Shown piece by piece: positions 20,942 through 30,079 of a stretch of DNA of 39,113 bases. A model generated the notes under the pieces. That model searched no databases, was not told where the DNA came from, and saw nothing but the letters and a program-made list of their open reading frames with translations. The position numbers were made by a program, and so were the translations under genes. The DNA comes from Candidatus Sericytochromatia bacterium (GTDB lineage Bacteria > Cyanobacteriota > Sericytochromatia > JACMPN01). Positions within the stretch are counted from its first letter, which is position 1. Each line of letters starts with the position of its first letter. Where the stretch lies: assembly GCA_014377495.1 (NCBI GenBank), contig JACMPN010000577.1:1-39113 (forward strand), written 5' to 3'.

Positions 20942-21093
20942 CCCGCATCAGGAACGGCTCTGTCTCCGATCCGGGTCAGCATGTCGCCGCTCGGCCACCT
21001 TCACTGTGACAAGCGGCCGCAAATGCTGCCGATGCGCCCCCTGCAAACGATAGCGTCTCCCTGGAGGCCGAGCCCTAAACAAATGTAGCCTTG

Positions 21094-21121
21094 TTGGCGA
21101 TTGCCGCTGACTGGGTATGAT
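21094..21121 (+). promoter_or_regulatory. Sigma70-like promoter candidate for the PLD gene
   Basis: TTGGCG (21094-21099), 16-nt spacer, TATGAT (21116-21121), about 45 nt upstream of ATG 21166. Confidence 0.35.
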
Positions 21122-21165
21122 GTGCTGGTGGGCGTACAGTATGGGCAATTCAGAAAGTGAAACTG

Positions 21166-22956
21166 ATGGCGTTGACCGTACCGGCGAACGATCCGGGCCT
21201 GCGGCCCGTTTCGGGCACCCCGGCACGCCCCGCTTTGCCGCCTGCAGCGCCCCTGACCGTCCCGGTCACCTCAGCCACCACATCCGATTCCCGGCGGGTA
21301 GCCGCCAAGTCCGGCCTGGCTAGTACGTTGGTCCCGCTGTACGGTGGTCTCCGTGACATGATCCGCCCGGGGCTCTCCGGCCGCCTCAGGTCCTCGTTGA
21401 CGCCGCTGGTCGACACGTTCATTCGGGCGGACGCCAAGCTCACTGGCGAACATCTGACGCAACTCGCCTCCCGGACCTCTGCCGGAAACCCCGATCCCAC
21501 GGCATCCGCCCGGATCCGCGACTTTGCCGATCCGCTGGATCCGGCCGTGGTCGCCATGGTCCGTCGGCCGGCAGCACTGAGCAAGCTCCTGACGGCTGGG
21601 GACTTGGCGAGCCTGCAGCGGCGGGTCGATCTGGCCAACTCCCCGAAAGCCCAACGTCAGTTCGCCAAAGCGGTTGCCAAGGCCTCCGGCAACACTCCTC
21701 TGGTCGCCGGCAACACCTTCAGCTACCACCTCGACGGCAAAGCCGCCTATGACGAGGTGCACCGCCAGATCCGGGGTGCCACGCAGACGCTGGACCTGGA
21801 GTACTACGAGTTTCACGATGACAAAGACGGCTGGTCGTTTGCCCGTGAACTGGTCGACCGTGTCCAACACGGCGTGACGGTGAATGTCCTTCTCGACGAG
21901 ATGCATGCCCGCCAGCACCAGCCGATCATCGACTACCTGAATGCCCATGGCGTCACTGCCAAACGTTTTAACAACGGGCACCCGGTCGTCACAATCGGAT
22001 CGTTCGAAGGCACCCTGAAGCCCTGGGACACGACCGATCACCGCAAACTGCTTCTCGTCGACGGCAAATCCGGGATGGTCGGCGGGATGAATCTGGGCAC
22101 CCCCTACACGCGCTGGCACGACAGCATGACGAGTGTCGCCGGCCCGATCGTCAAAGGGATGTATGCCGAATTCGCCCAAAACTGGCAGGTGTCGGGCGGC
22201 AAACCCCCGATGCGGTCGCTGGCCCTGGCGGCCACGCAGGCCGTGCCGGTCGCCGGCGAGGGTATGCTGGCGTCGCTGGCCGTCACCCGACCTAATCAGG
22301 AGCATTACTTCGGTGGCATCAAAGCGGCCATCGCCCAGGCCACCGACCACATTTTCCTCAACATGCCTTATTTTTGCGATCCCGATCTGATCGATGCCCT
22401 CAGCGCCGCTGCCGACCGGGGCGTCCGCGTCGAGGTCGCCATCCCCAACTTCGCCGACAGTGCTGTTTTCGACACGTTGCACCGGGCCCAGGTCAACCAC
22501 CTGCTCGACCACCACATCATGGTCCGTTTTTCCGAGTCCCGGAGCGTGGCGGGTGTGCAGCAGAGCGCCGATAACCGCCCGTTTGCGCACGTCAAGGCGA
22601 TCACGATCGACGGCATCTTCTCCGCAGTCGGGTCGACAAACGCCGATGGCCGGTCGATGCACCGCAATCAGGAACTCAGTGTGTTCGTCACCTCGCCCGG
22701 GTTCGCCCTGGACCTCGAACGCCGCCTTTTCCAACATGACATTGCCACCGGCCGATCCGTCCCGACCGGCCGGCAAACCCTCACGGGTGCCCTCGCCCCG
22801 GACTTCGCCAAAGATCACCCCAGCATCGACACCGCCGTCAACGGCGTGATCACGGTCGGTGAGCAGAAGTGGGGCCAGTTGGCACCGGCGTCCTTGAAAC
22901 AGGGTGCCAAGAATGCGGCAGACACCATGTTGCGGTTCGTCGGTCGCAAGCTCTGA
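21166..22956 (+). CDS. Phospholipase D superfamily protein (two HKD motifs, cardiolipin-synthase-like core) with a long non-membrane N-terminal extension
   Basis: HKD motifs DHRKLLLVDGKSGMVGGMNLG and FAHVKAITIDGIFSAVGSTNADGRS. The first ~170 aa are Pro/Ala/Ser-rich without TM helices. The start is ATG 21166 or GTG 21157. Confidence 0.85.
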   Translation: MALTVPANDPGLRPVSGTPARPALPPAAPLTVPVTSATTSDSRRVAAKSGLASTLVPLYGGLRDMIRPGLSGRLRSSLTPLVDTFIRADAKLTGEHLTQLASRTSAGNPDPTASARIRDFADPLDPAVVAMVRRPAALSKLLTAGDLASLQRRVDLANSPKAQRQFAKAVAKASGNTPLVAGNTFSYHLDGKAAYDEVHRQIRGATQTLDLEYYEFHDDKDGWSFARELVDRVQHGVTVNVLLDEMHARQHQPIIDYLNAHGVTAKRFNNGHPVVTIGSFEGTLKPWDTTDHRKLLLVDGKSGMVGGMNLGTPYTRWHDSMTSVAGPIVKGMYAEFAQNWQVSGGKPPMRSLALAATQAVPVAGEGMLASLAVTRPNQEHYFGGIKAAIAQATDHIFLNMPYFCDPDLIDALSAAADRGVRVEVAIPNFADSAVFDTLHRAQVNHLLDHHIMVRFSESRSVAGVQQSADNRPFAHVKAITIDGIFSAVGSTNADGRSMHRNQELSVFVTSPGFALDLERRLFQHDIATGRSVPTGRQTLTGALAPDFAKDHPSIDTAVNGVITVGEQKWGQLAPASLKQGAKNAADTMLRFVGRKL

Positions 22957-23000
22957 CACCGGCGCCAGGATTCGCCCGGTTTCCCGGACCCCAGACACAT

Positions 23001-23018
23001 GGCCCCCTTGCGGGGGCC
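23001..23018 (+). terminator. Short GC hairpin downstream of the PLD gene
   Basis: ggccccc ttgc gggggcc. 7-bp stem with no strong T-tract. Confidence 0.35.
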
Positions 23019-23202
23019 GTATGCCGGGTTGTTGCAGCTACTTGGCAGCTTAAAAGGCAGCGGCCGGAGCCGGACGAATCGCCTTCAGGGCCTAGCATGA
23101 CTCTGCAGTTGGCTCTGTTGGCGGGTGGGGCTGTCATTGGGCAGGTTTTGTGCGGCATCCGGCCATCGCCCTGCTGTCGGCACCCCTCCCGTTGAGCTGG
23201 GC

Positions 23203-24069
23203 CTAGTCGCCCGCCCGCTGCCAGAGATCCCGGTGATCGGCGACGAACTGGCGCATCCGGATGGCCGGCCGACCCAGCAGCCTGTGGGTATCCGTGGTGA
23301 CGCTGGCAGCCAGGCCCAGCCGGACCGTGGTGTAGATCGCCGCCATGACCCAGATGAAATCCAGGGGGAAACCCCGTCGGCGCATGCGGGCTATGAACCG
23401 GAAGATCGACGGCTGCCGATAGGTGATCGGGCGACCGAGTGCCGTACTCAGGCATGCCGCCACCTCGTGATAGTCGAGCGCCTCATCACCTGTCAGGGCA
23501 TAGGCCTTATTGGTGTGACCCGGTTCGGTCAGGGCTTTGACGGCCACGGCGGCGATGTCCCGCACATCGATAAAGCTCGTCCTGCCCCGCCCGGCGGGGA
23601 CGAGGATCTCGTCGAGGTCGACGATGTCGGCCCGATGGGTGGTGCTCAGATTCTGCATAAAGAAACCGGCCCGCAGCAACGTGTAGGGAACGCCGGAAGC
23701 GACGAGCGCCGTCTCGATCCGATGATGTGGCACCAGCGGATTTTTCTCGGCGCCCAACAAGGACAGGAAGACGATGCTGTGCACGCCGGCGTCGCGGGCC
23801 GCCGCAATCACCGGGACGATGAACCGCCGGGTGTCGGTGATCGCCGGTGGCCGCATCAGAAAAAGGCGATCCACGCCGGCGAGGGCCGGGCCGAAGGTCT
23901 CCGGCCGCTCGAAATCAAACGGGACCGGCTCGATCAGGGGCGAAAACCCAGCGCTCGCCCCGGCAGGCGATCGCGTGGCCACGCGCACGGCATGGCCCTG
24001 CCCGACCAGCAGTCGGACGATCTCCGCTCCGACATTGCCGCTGGCACCAATGACCAATAGCACTGCCAT
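23203..24069 (-). CDS. NmrA-like / atypical SDR NAD(P)-binding protein
   Basis: MAVLLVIGASGNVGAEIV Rossmann motif at the N-terminus. GAGGGGGA SD upstream of ATG 24069. 288 aa. Confidence 0.85.
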   Translation of the reverse strand: MAVLLVIGASGNVGAEIVRLLVGQGHAVRVATRSPAGASAGFSPLIEPVPFDFERPETFGPALAGVDRLFLMRPPAITDTRRFIVPVIAAARDAGVHSIVFLSLLGAEKNPLVPHHRIETALVASGVPYTLLRAGFFMQNLSTTHRADIVDLDEILVPAGRGRTSFIDVRDIAAVAVKALTEPGHTNKAYALTGDEALDYHEVAACLSTALGRPITYRQPSIFRFIARMRRRGFPLDFIWVMAAIYTTVRLGLAASVTTDTHRLLGRPAIRMRQFVADHRDLWQRAGD

Positions 24070-24154
24070 GCCAGTCCCCCTCACCGTCGCGCCCCGTGTC
24101 ACTGCCAGTATGCCCGTGCCGCAGGCCCGCCACATCCGGGGAATCCCGCCCGGT

Positions 24155-24188
24155 CACCTGCCAAAGCAATGCAGACGCTTGGCAGGTG
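24155..24188. promoter_or_regulatory. 10-bp inverted repeat in the divergent intergenic region (possible operator or hairpin)
   Basis: cacctgccaa N14 ttggcaggtg, perfect arms, between the NmrA-like and PLD-like genes. Confidence 0.25.
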
Positions 24189-24318
24189 GATCCCTGCAGC
24201 CCCCGCCAAATGGCCATCTGCAGGCCCTTTTAATTATCCTTAGGGAAACGTTATCCAAACCTACAGACAGTTTTTTGACACCCTCCCGATAACCACTGCA
24301 CTGGGGGAGAGAGACACC

Positions 24319-25542
24319 ATGAAGACGCAACACCTGCAAGCGGAGCGCCAAGGGAAAACCTGGCTGAATCTGGCTTTGTCTCTGGTCCTGGCCGTGGCTT
24401 CGGCCTGCGGGACCGGTGGCGGTGCCCCGCTGGTCGCCCCGACGATGCTGCCGGACTTCGAGTCGGCGGCCGCCGCAGCCGCATCGGCCTCCCCAATCAG
24501 CGTGACTTTCAACCAGACGTACAAAGAACGCATCGATCTCAACGAGCCCATCGCCCGCAGAAGTGCGATCAACACGGACAAGTCTCTCTTCAAGGTCATC
24601 AAGGCCGCCCAATCCACTCTGGATGGTGCTTTTTACGACATCGAAGACCCGGGCGTCGTCGATGCCCTGATCGAGGCGAAAGAGCGGGGCGTCACCGTCC
24701 GCCTCGTCACCGACAATGCCAACCTCGTCGAGAAGCACGATCCTTCCAAGCCCCGTGCCGCCATCGTGGCCCTCAAGCAGGCGGGCATCAAGATCGTCGA
24801 TGACAACCGGTCGGCGATCATGCACCACAAGTTTCTCGTTGCCGACACGAGTGTCGTGTGGACCGGTTCGACGAACCTGACCCCGACCAGCCTGTATCGT
24901 CACAATAACAATGCGGTCGTCCTCCGGACGGTCCCGGTGGCCAAGGCCTTTACCGAAGAGTTCAACCGGCTGTTCGTCAAGCACCAGTTCGGCATCTCCG
25001 ACCGGGGCCGGATCGCCCCGCTGCCTGCGTTCCAGGTGGGCGGCGCAGAAGTCCGTGTGTTCTTTTCACCGGGCGGCAGCGGCCGGGAAGCTGTCGTGGC
25101 CGAGTTGGCCGCCGCTAAAAAATCGATCCAGTTCATGACCTTCTCGCTCACGGATCCGACCATCGGTCAGACGATGGCCGACAAGGCCACTGCCGGTGTG
25201 GCCGTCTCCGGGATCTTTGACCGCTGGCTCGCCGGCGGCAAATACAGCCTCTTCAACGCCTTCAAATCGGAAAAGATGATCATCCAGAAGGATGGCAACG
25301 AAGCCCTGATGCACCACAAGGTGATCATCGTCGACGGGACGACCGTCATCTCCGGCTCGTACAACTACTCCCAGAATGCCGAAATGAACAACAACGAGGC
25401 GTTCCTGATCGTCAAGCGGGCCCCGTCGTTCGCCAATGCCTTCGAAGGCGAATTCAAAAAGCTCCAACAGGCCGCCAAGGTCAACCGGCCGCCGCCGTAC
25501 AAGCCGAAGGATGCCGAAATCGGCACCGTCGAGAACCCCTAG
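24319..25542 (+). CDS. Secreted/lipoprotein phospholipase D superfamily protein (two HKD motifs, Nuc-like size)
   Basis: GGGGGAGAGAG SD. Lipobox-like LVLAVASAC. HKD motifs IMHHKFLVADTSVVWTGSTNLT and LMHHKVIIVDGTTVISGSYNYSQNA. Confidence 0.85.
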   Translation: MKTQHLQAERQGKTWLNLALSLVLAVASACGTGGGAPLVAPTMLPDFESAAAAAASASPISVTFNQTYKERIDLNEPIARRSAINTDKSLFKVIKAAQSTLDGAFYDIEDPGVVDALIEAKERGVTVRLVTDNANLVEKHDPSKPRAAIVALKQAGIKIVDDNRSAIMHHKFLVADTSVVWTGSTNLTPTSLYRHNNNAVVLRTVPVAKAFTEEFNRLFVKHQFGISDRGRIAPLPAFQVGGAEVRVFFSPGGSGREAVVAELAAAKKSIQFMTFSLTDPTIGQTMADKATAGVAVSGIFDRWLAGGKYSLFNAFKSEKMIIQKDGNEALMHHKVIIVDGTTVISGSYNYSQNAEMNNNEAFLIVKRAPSFANAFEGEFKKLQQAAKVNRPPPYKPKDAEIGTVENP

Positions 25543-25552
25543 TCAACCCACA

Positions 25553-25598
25553 GAAGCCCCGTACCACCCGGTACGGGGCTTCTTGCTGGGGCTTTTTT
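25553..25598 (+). terminator. Strong rho-independent terminator (probably bidirectional)
   Basis: Perfect 13-bp stem gaagccccgtacc / ggtacggggcttc, 4-nt loop, then ttgctggggctttttt. It sits between convergent genes. Confidence 0.8.
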
Positions 25599-25618
25599 GA
25601 ACGGGACTTCGTACCGGT

Positions 25619-27319
25619 TCAGCCGGCAACCGCGCTCAGGGACGCCCAGGTGTCGGTATCGCACAGGGCGGCGAGGATATCCGGGCGTTCGGCCAGGGCT
25701 GCGAGCAAAGGCGTGTGCAGCAGGCTATGGTCCAACTTGCGGGCCGTGTCGAGCTGCAAGGTGCGATCCACCGGTTCGCCCGTGACCAGACTGCGGTAGA
25801 CCGTCTGCCGGTCCCAGAGACAGGCCAGCCAGGCTACCACCCCCCAGGTGAAGGCAACCCCGTGACTGCCCAGGCCGAGTTTGCGAAAAAGCACCGTGCG
25901 CAGGTACCGGGTAGCCAGTTCATCGTCGCGCCGGTCATGGCATGGGACCGTGGCACTGAGGTGCCAGGCATCCGCCTGCCAGCCGTTCAACGGTCGGCGC
26001 GCCGCCTCGTCCCAGACCGACCCGTCACAGATCAGCCCCATCAGCGCCTCCGCCTGAATCGGAGTGGCAGGGCGATCGGTTGAAGCGCCGGCGCTGAGGA
26101 TGTCCCGCCAGGTGGCGGTCGGGAAGGTGCCCGATTCACGACACTGGTCGAGCAGGGCCGTCAGGCCGTTGCCGATGGTGCGCACGCGGTGCGGCAAATC
26201 ACCCACACCGCGATCCGCCAATCGGTCCAACAGCCATGTTTCCAGAATCTGATAGGTCGGCCAGGGGACCGTCGGTCCGTCGGGCCACAGCGGGATGGCG
26301 GACGGGATGACCGTCAGGCGGTGACGGATGGGCTGCAGGCGCCCCTGGAGCGCCTCCATTTGGGCCTGCAGCGGGGCACCGACGTTGTCACCCACCGTCA
26401 GACACAGGAACGACGCCGTGACGGCGATCGAGTCCGGGGTGACGATGAACTGATAGGGGAAGATCTGGCAGGTGTGGATGGGTTGCCAGCCCATCGTGGC
26501 ATGGACGGCACAGCCGTTGCCGGAGTGGGCCAGGCAATCACCGTCCGCATTGTTCCGCAGTTGCTGGTCCCCCGTCGGTTGGCCGCTGGGATCGGGCCTG
26601 ACCGGTTCGAACCCCGGCCCGGTGACGCCGATGCCGGACCAGTCGACCCGGGATAAGGCGCTCGCCGTGTTGCCGTCGACCTGGATGCTCCAGGTGCCCA
26701 TCCGGCAGCAGTCACCCCGGTTCTGACAGGTGAAACGGGACTCCGGCAGGCTCCGCAAAGGCAACTGGTCGACGGCATGGTGCCGGTGGTAGGCGGCGGC
26801 AAGGCCCGTCAGCGGCCAGACGGGATGCTCGAAATGGTTGCCCCAATGGGCCAGTTCGGCCAGACACAGGGCCATCAAGTGCGCCGGAGCGGGAAGTCCC
26901 CCGTCTGCGGGCGGAAGCCCGGCGGATTGCTGCTGGTGCACAGGCAAGACGCAGCACCCCAGGATCAGCTGCTCCGGACTCACCCGCCAGGCCGCCTGCA
27001 GGGTCTCGCCGGTATCGGCCGTGACGGTGGCCGCGACGCTGTATCCGTCGGTATCCGCCGACCAGTGATCGATCTGTTTCAGGGTGAAGTGTGTTGCGTG
27101 CGGCATGCCGTCCATCGTCGTCAGCAGGGACTCCCAGGCCTGCACGTATGCCGTGGCGGACAGTCGCTGCTTTTCCCAGACGTGACTGCCTACCAGCAAC
27201 AGGGCTTCCGGGGCATACAGGGCGTAATGCCCGACCGGGTCGCAGGGTGGCGTGCTGGTCGTCAGGAAGCGGGTGAGGATGGCGGTTAGCCAGGTGGGTG
27301 CGTGTGACATACCGGGCAT
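25619..27319 (-). CDS. FliB/YkgJ-type cysteine-cluster protein with N- and C-terminal extensions (566 aa)
   Basis: FTCQNRGDCCRMGTW, then DGDCLAHSGNGCAVHATMGWQPIHTCQIFPYQF. This resembles the C..CC / C.(F/L)...C.I(Y/H)......C..FP pattern of the YkgJ/flagellin-lysine-methylase family. ATG 27319 lies 4 nt after the upstream stop. Confidence 0.7.
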   Translation of the reverse strand: MPGMSHAPTWLTAILTRFLTTSTPPCDPVGHYALYAPEALLLVGSHVWEKQRLSATAYVQAWESLLTTMDGMPHATHFTLKQIDHWSADTDGYSVAATVTADTGETLQAAWRVSPEQLILGCCVLPVHQQQSAGLPPADGGLPAPAHLMALCLAELAHWGNHFEHPVWPLTGLAAAYHRHHAVDQLPLRSLPESRFTCQNRGDCCRMGTWSIQVDGNTASALSRVDWSGIGVTGPGFEPVRPDPSGQPTGDQQLRNNADGDCLAHSGNGCAVHATMGWQPIHTCQIFPYQFIVTPDSIAVTASFLCLTVGDNVGAPLQAQMEALQGRLQPIRHRLTVIPSAIPLWPDGPTVPWPTYQILETWLLDRLADRGVGDLPHRVRTIGNGLTALLDQCRESGTFPTATWRDILSAGASTDRPATPIQAEALMGLICDGSVWDEAARRPLNGWQADAWHLSATVPCHDRRDDELATRYLRTVLFRKLGLGSHGVAFTWGVVAWLACLWDRQTVYRSLVTGEPVDRTLQLDTARKLDHSLLHTPLLAALAERPDILAALCDTDTWASLSAVAG

Positions 27320-27323
27320 CTTG

Positions 27324-28691
27324 TCAGGTGTCGAAGAAGGCCGCCAGGCTTTCGTCGATGGCTCGCACGTCGCTCTGCAGCTCATGCAATTGGGCGACGA
27401 CGGGCGCCGTGTCACAGGCTTTGCCGACCTCCCGCAAGCCACCCATGGTCACCGCCGCATGGACGTCGGCCAAGCCCCCCATCAGGACGAACAACTGGGA
27501 AGCCAGCCGCTCGCCGGTCAGGACGGCCTCCTCATGCCGCTGCCGGCTCTTGGCGTTGCCCTGCAGCGCCAACTGGTAGTTGGCCACGGTGACCGGATCA
27601 GTGGTGCGGGCGACCAGCCGGTCCAGCCGGCGGCCTTCCTCGGCGAGTTGGCCCGGCGTGTGGGCGGCCAGATACTGCTCCAGCTGCCGCCCCCGCCGGA
27701 CGAGCGAGACGATGCCGGCGGCGACGGCGCTGACCTGGGTATCGATGGACTGCCACAGGTACTGGCTGATCTCGTCGGAGGTGCCGATGGCCTGATGGAT
27801 ACCGGACACCGCCTGCAGGGTCTTTTGGACGACCACTTGCAAACCCGACCCGGTGGTTTCTGCCAGGCACTGGCGCAAGTCGGCCTGCAGCGCCGCCGGG
27901 ATCGGGTTGGTCAGGGTGGCGATCGTTGCCGGGGCAATCTCCAGGCGGCCCAGGCCGAACAGGTGGCGGATCCCGTTCCACAACGGATCCGTCCGGTCCG
28001 GTGTCCGGGTCACTTCGGCACCCCAGCTGGCCAGGCGGGCCTCCGCCTGGTCGAGCCTGCCGGGCGGTGCCGAAACCTGTGTATGCAGCACGCCGCCGGC
28101 CTGCAGGCGGAGTTTGGGGATCGGCAGTCCCGTGGCTTTGGCCAGCCAGCCGACGAGGCGCGTGCGGCGGGCGCCTTCGGGCAGCCGGATCCGCCAGTTG
28201 ACCGTGACCGGGTTCTCCGGGGGCGGGGTATGGGCACAGTGCGGGCAAAACGGCAGGATGGCGTCGTCCGGGGCCCCGCACTGGCGACAGCGCGGTCCGT
28301 CTGTTTGCGCAGACGGTGACAGGGTATGGCCGTGCATGACCAGGGGGGGCGCGGCGATCGTGGCCGGCAGGCTGGATGCCCGGCAAAGGCTGACGATGAC
28401 GATCTGCTCGGATGATCCGGGATAGGGCATCACGGCCGTGCGTTCCTGGTGCAATGGTTGGGTCGGGTCGCCCGGCCTGACCCCAAGGCCGGCTTCACGC
28501 AGGGCTTCCACGATGAGTTGGCCGGCGGGATGGTCCTGGCCGGTCAGGTAGAGGTCGTCGCCCGTGTCCAGAAAAGGTTGCAGGTGCGCGCTCTGCAGAT
28601 TGGGAAAGACGCCCTGCAGCGCCGCCACGAAATGCCGCTCTTCGTCGGGAGGTGGCACGGTGATGGCAAGGCAGAAGGCATGGGCCGACAT
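27324..28691 (-). CDS. Hypothetical protein with a central zinc ribbon (CRQC...CPHC) and a long C-terminal helical region
   Basis: 455 aa with coherent composition. Four-Cys ribbon PRCRQCGAPDDAILPFCPHCAH. It is followed by a segment resembling the L7/L12-CTD pattern (RLVGWLAKATGLPIPKLRLQAGGVLHTQVS...AEARLASWGAEV). No SD at ATG 28691. Confidence 0.65.
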   Translation of the reverse strand: MSAHAFCLAITVPPPDEERHFVAALQGVFPNLQSAHLQPFLDTGDDLYLTGQDHPAGQLIVEALREAGLGVRPGDPTQPLHQERTAVMPYPGSSEQIVIVSLCRASSLPATIAAPPLVMHGHTLSPSAQTDGPRCRQCGAPDDAILPFCPHCAHTPPPENPVTVNWRIRLPEGARRTRLVGWLAKATGLPIPKLRLQAGGVLHTQVSAPPGRLDQAEARLASWGAEVTRTPDRTDPLWNGIRHLFGLGRLEIAPATIATLTNPIPAALQADLRQCLAETTGSGLQVVVQKTLQAVSGIHQAIGTSDEISQYLWQSIDTQVSAVAAGIVSLVRRGRQLEQYLAAHTPGQLAEEGRRLDRLVARTTDPVTVANYQLALQGNAKSRQRHEEAVLTGERLASQLFVLMGGLADVHAAVTMGGLREVGKACDTAPVVAQLHELQSDVRAIDESLAAFFDT

Positions 28692-29065
28692 GTGGGTGCC
28701 TGGAGTTTACCACCAGGACCCGGCTGGCCGTAACGGTTCCCGGCGCAGACGATTGGTCATTTTCATCGACAACGATCGGATTCTTCGGCGCAACGGTCAT
28801 CATGGCCCTTCCGGCATGACGGTGACGGCTTGGCATCCAGGGGCTGAGCGGTGTTGCCCTGTCCCATGCGCCGGGTCGTCACGGGGAATCGCGACATGAA
28901 AAATGTCTACCGGCGGCGATCCGTGATCTGAGTCACAACCTGCTGGCACTTTGCGGTGCTTAATAATTCTTCATGAAGTAACCCATGTGTTACTCGCTGC
29001 TTCAGTCCTTCAGGTGGGCGGAAGCGACGGGTAGACTACCCGGGCTCAATGACTGGAGGCGCATC

Positions 29066-29935
29066 ATGCGAGCTGCGAAAACCCTGTTGCTCATCGGTAC
29101 GTTGCTGGTTGCCGGCTGCACGCAGCCGACGGTACCCACGTCATCCGACAACTCAGGCATCGTGTCGGGCACCATGGTGATTCCAGGCGGCACCGACCCG
29201 TCCATGGCCGTGGCGCCGACGTCCCTGTGGCAGCTGGCCCAGGGCATCGTCGTCGGGTCGCCGGCATGGGCGCCTTCCCGCTTCGATGAGACGACCCTGG
29301 CCACATTCAACGCCACCATCGATGGCCGGCCCGTCCGGACCTCCTGGGACCGGATCGAGACGACCACTGCCGGCGACACCCGGGCACAGTTCACGTTGAC
29401 GGGCATCCAGGGGGACTGCGACAACGCCGAACTGATCTTCAGCAGCCCGAGCAACGCCATCAGGCTCGGCACGTACATCGACCGCATCCAGGATGAGTTG
29501 CGGACACCGTTCGATGCCACGACCAAGTTCAACCTCAAGCACGAGATCAACGCCCGGACGACCTCCGCCCTCCTGGTGGCCCGGTCGATGGCGGAGCACG
29601 GCGGTCGGGCCTTGAGCGCCTATAACGAGGCCGAGTTCCAGGCCGTGGTGAACAGCCAACGGACCCGTGAGGTCGAAGCCAGCCTGATATCGGCATTTGC
29701 GGCCCAAATCAACCGGGGCCACGACGTCTTCCGGCAGGCCCTGGTGGCCAGGATCACCGCAGACGTCGCGACGGCACTGCGGGCACAGGGACTCGACGGC
29801 GTGTTCGGCAGCAACCTGACGACCGGGATCACCTCCGGCCTTGGTCTGATGAGCAACTCGACTTCTGGCGGTTCATCGACCGGGACGAGCACCGCCACCA
29901 GTACCACCGTGACGACGTCCACGACGCGCCGCTGA
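29066..29935 (+). CDS. Hypothetical lipoprotein with a Ser/Thr-rich C-terminal tail
   Basis: GGAGG lies 7 nt before ATG 29066. Lipobox LLVAGC. C-terminus SGGSSTGTSTATSTTVTTSTTRR. Confidence 0.7.
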   Translation: MRAAKTLLLIGTLLVAGCTQPTVPTSSDNSGIVSGTMVIPGGTDPSMAVAPTSLWQLAQGIVVGSPAWAPSRFDETTLATFNATIDGRPVRTSWDRIETTTAGDTRAQFTLTGIQGDCDNAELIFSSPSNAIRLGTYIDRIQDELRTPFDATTKFNLKHEINARTTSALLVARSMAEHGGRALSAYNEAEFQAVVNSQRTREVEASLISAFAAQINRGHDVFRQALVARITADVATALRAQGLDGVFGSNLTTGITSGLGLMSNSTSGGSSTGTSTATSTTVTTSTTRR

Positions 29936-30020
29936 GGCATACGGGCCTATTCCAGTAAGTGCGACCGGGCATCTATTGCGACTGCGTTCTGGCATGAGGG
30001 GCCTCGGTGACGGCGCCTCC

Positions 30021-30074
30021 CGGAAAACGGCTAAGACCCCCTTGCCCAGTGGCAAGGGGGTCTTAGCTGTTTTC
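30021..30074. terminator. Bidirectional rho-independent terminator
   Basis: 17-bp perfect stem gctaagacccccttgcc / ggcaagggggtcttagc with loop cagt. It is flanked by ggaaaac on one side and gttttcc on the other, between convergent genes. Confidence 0.85.
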
Positions 30075-30079
30075 CAGAT

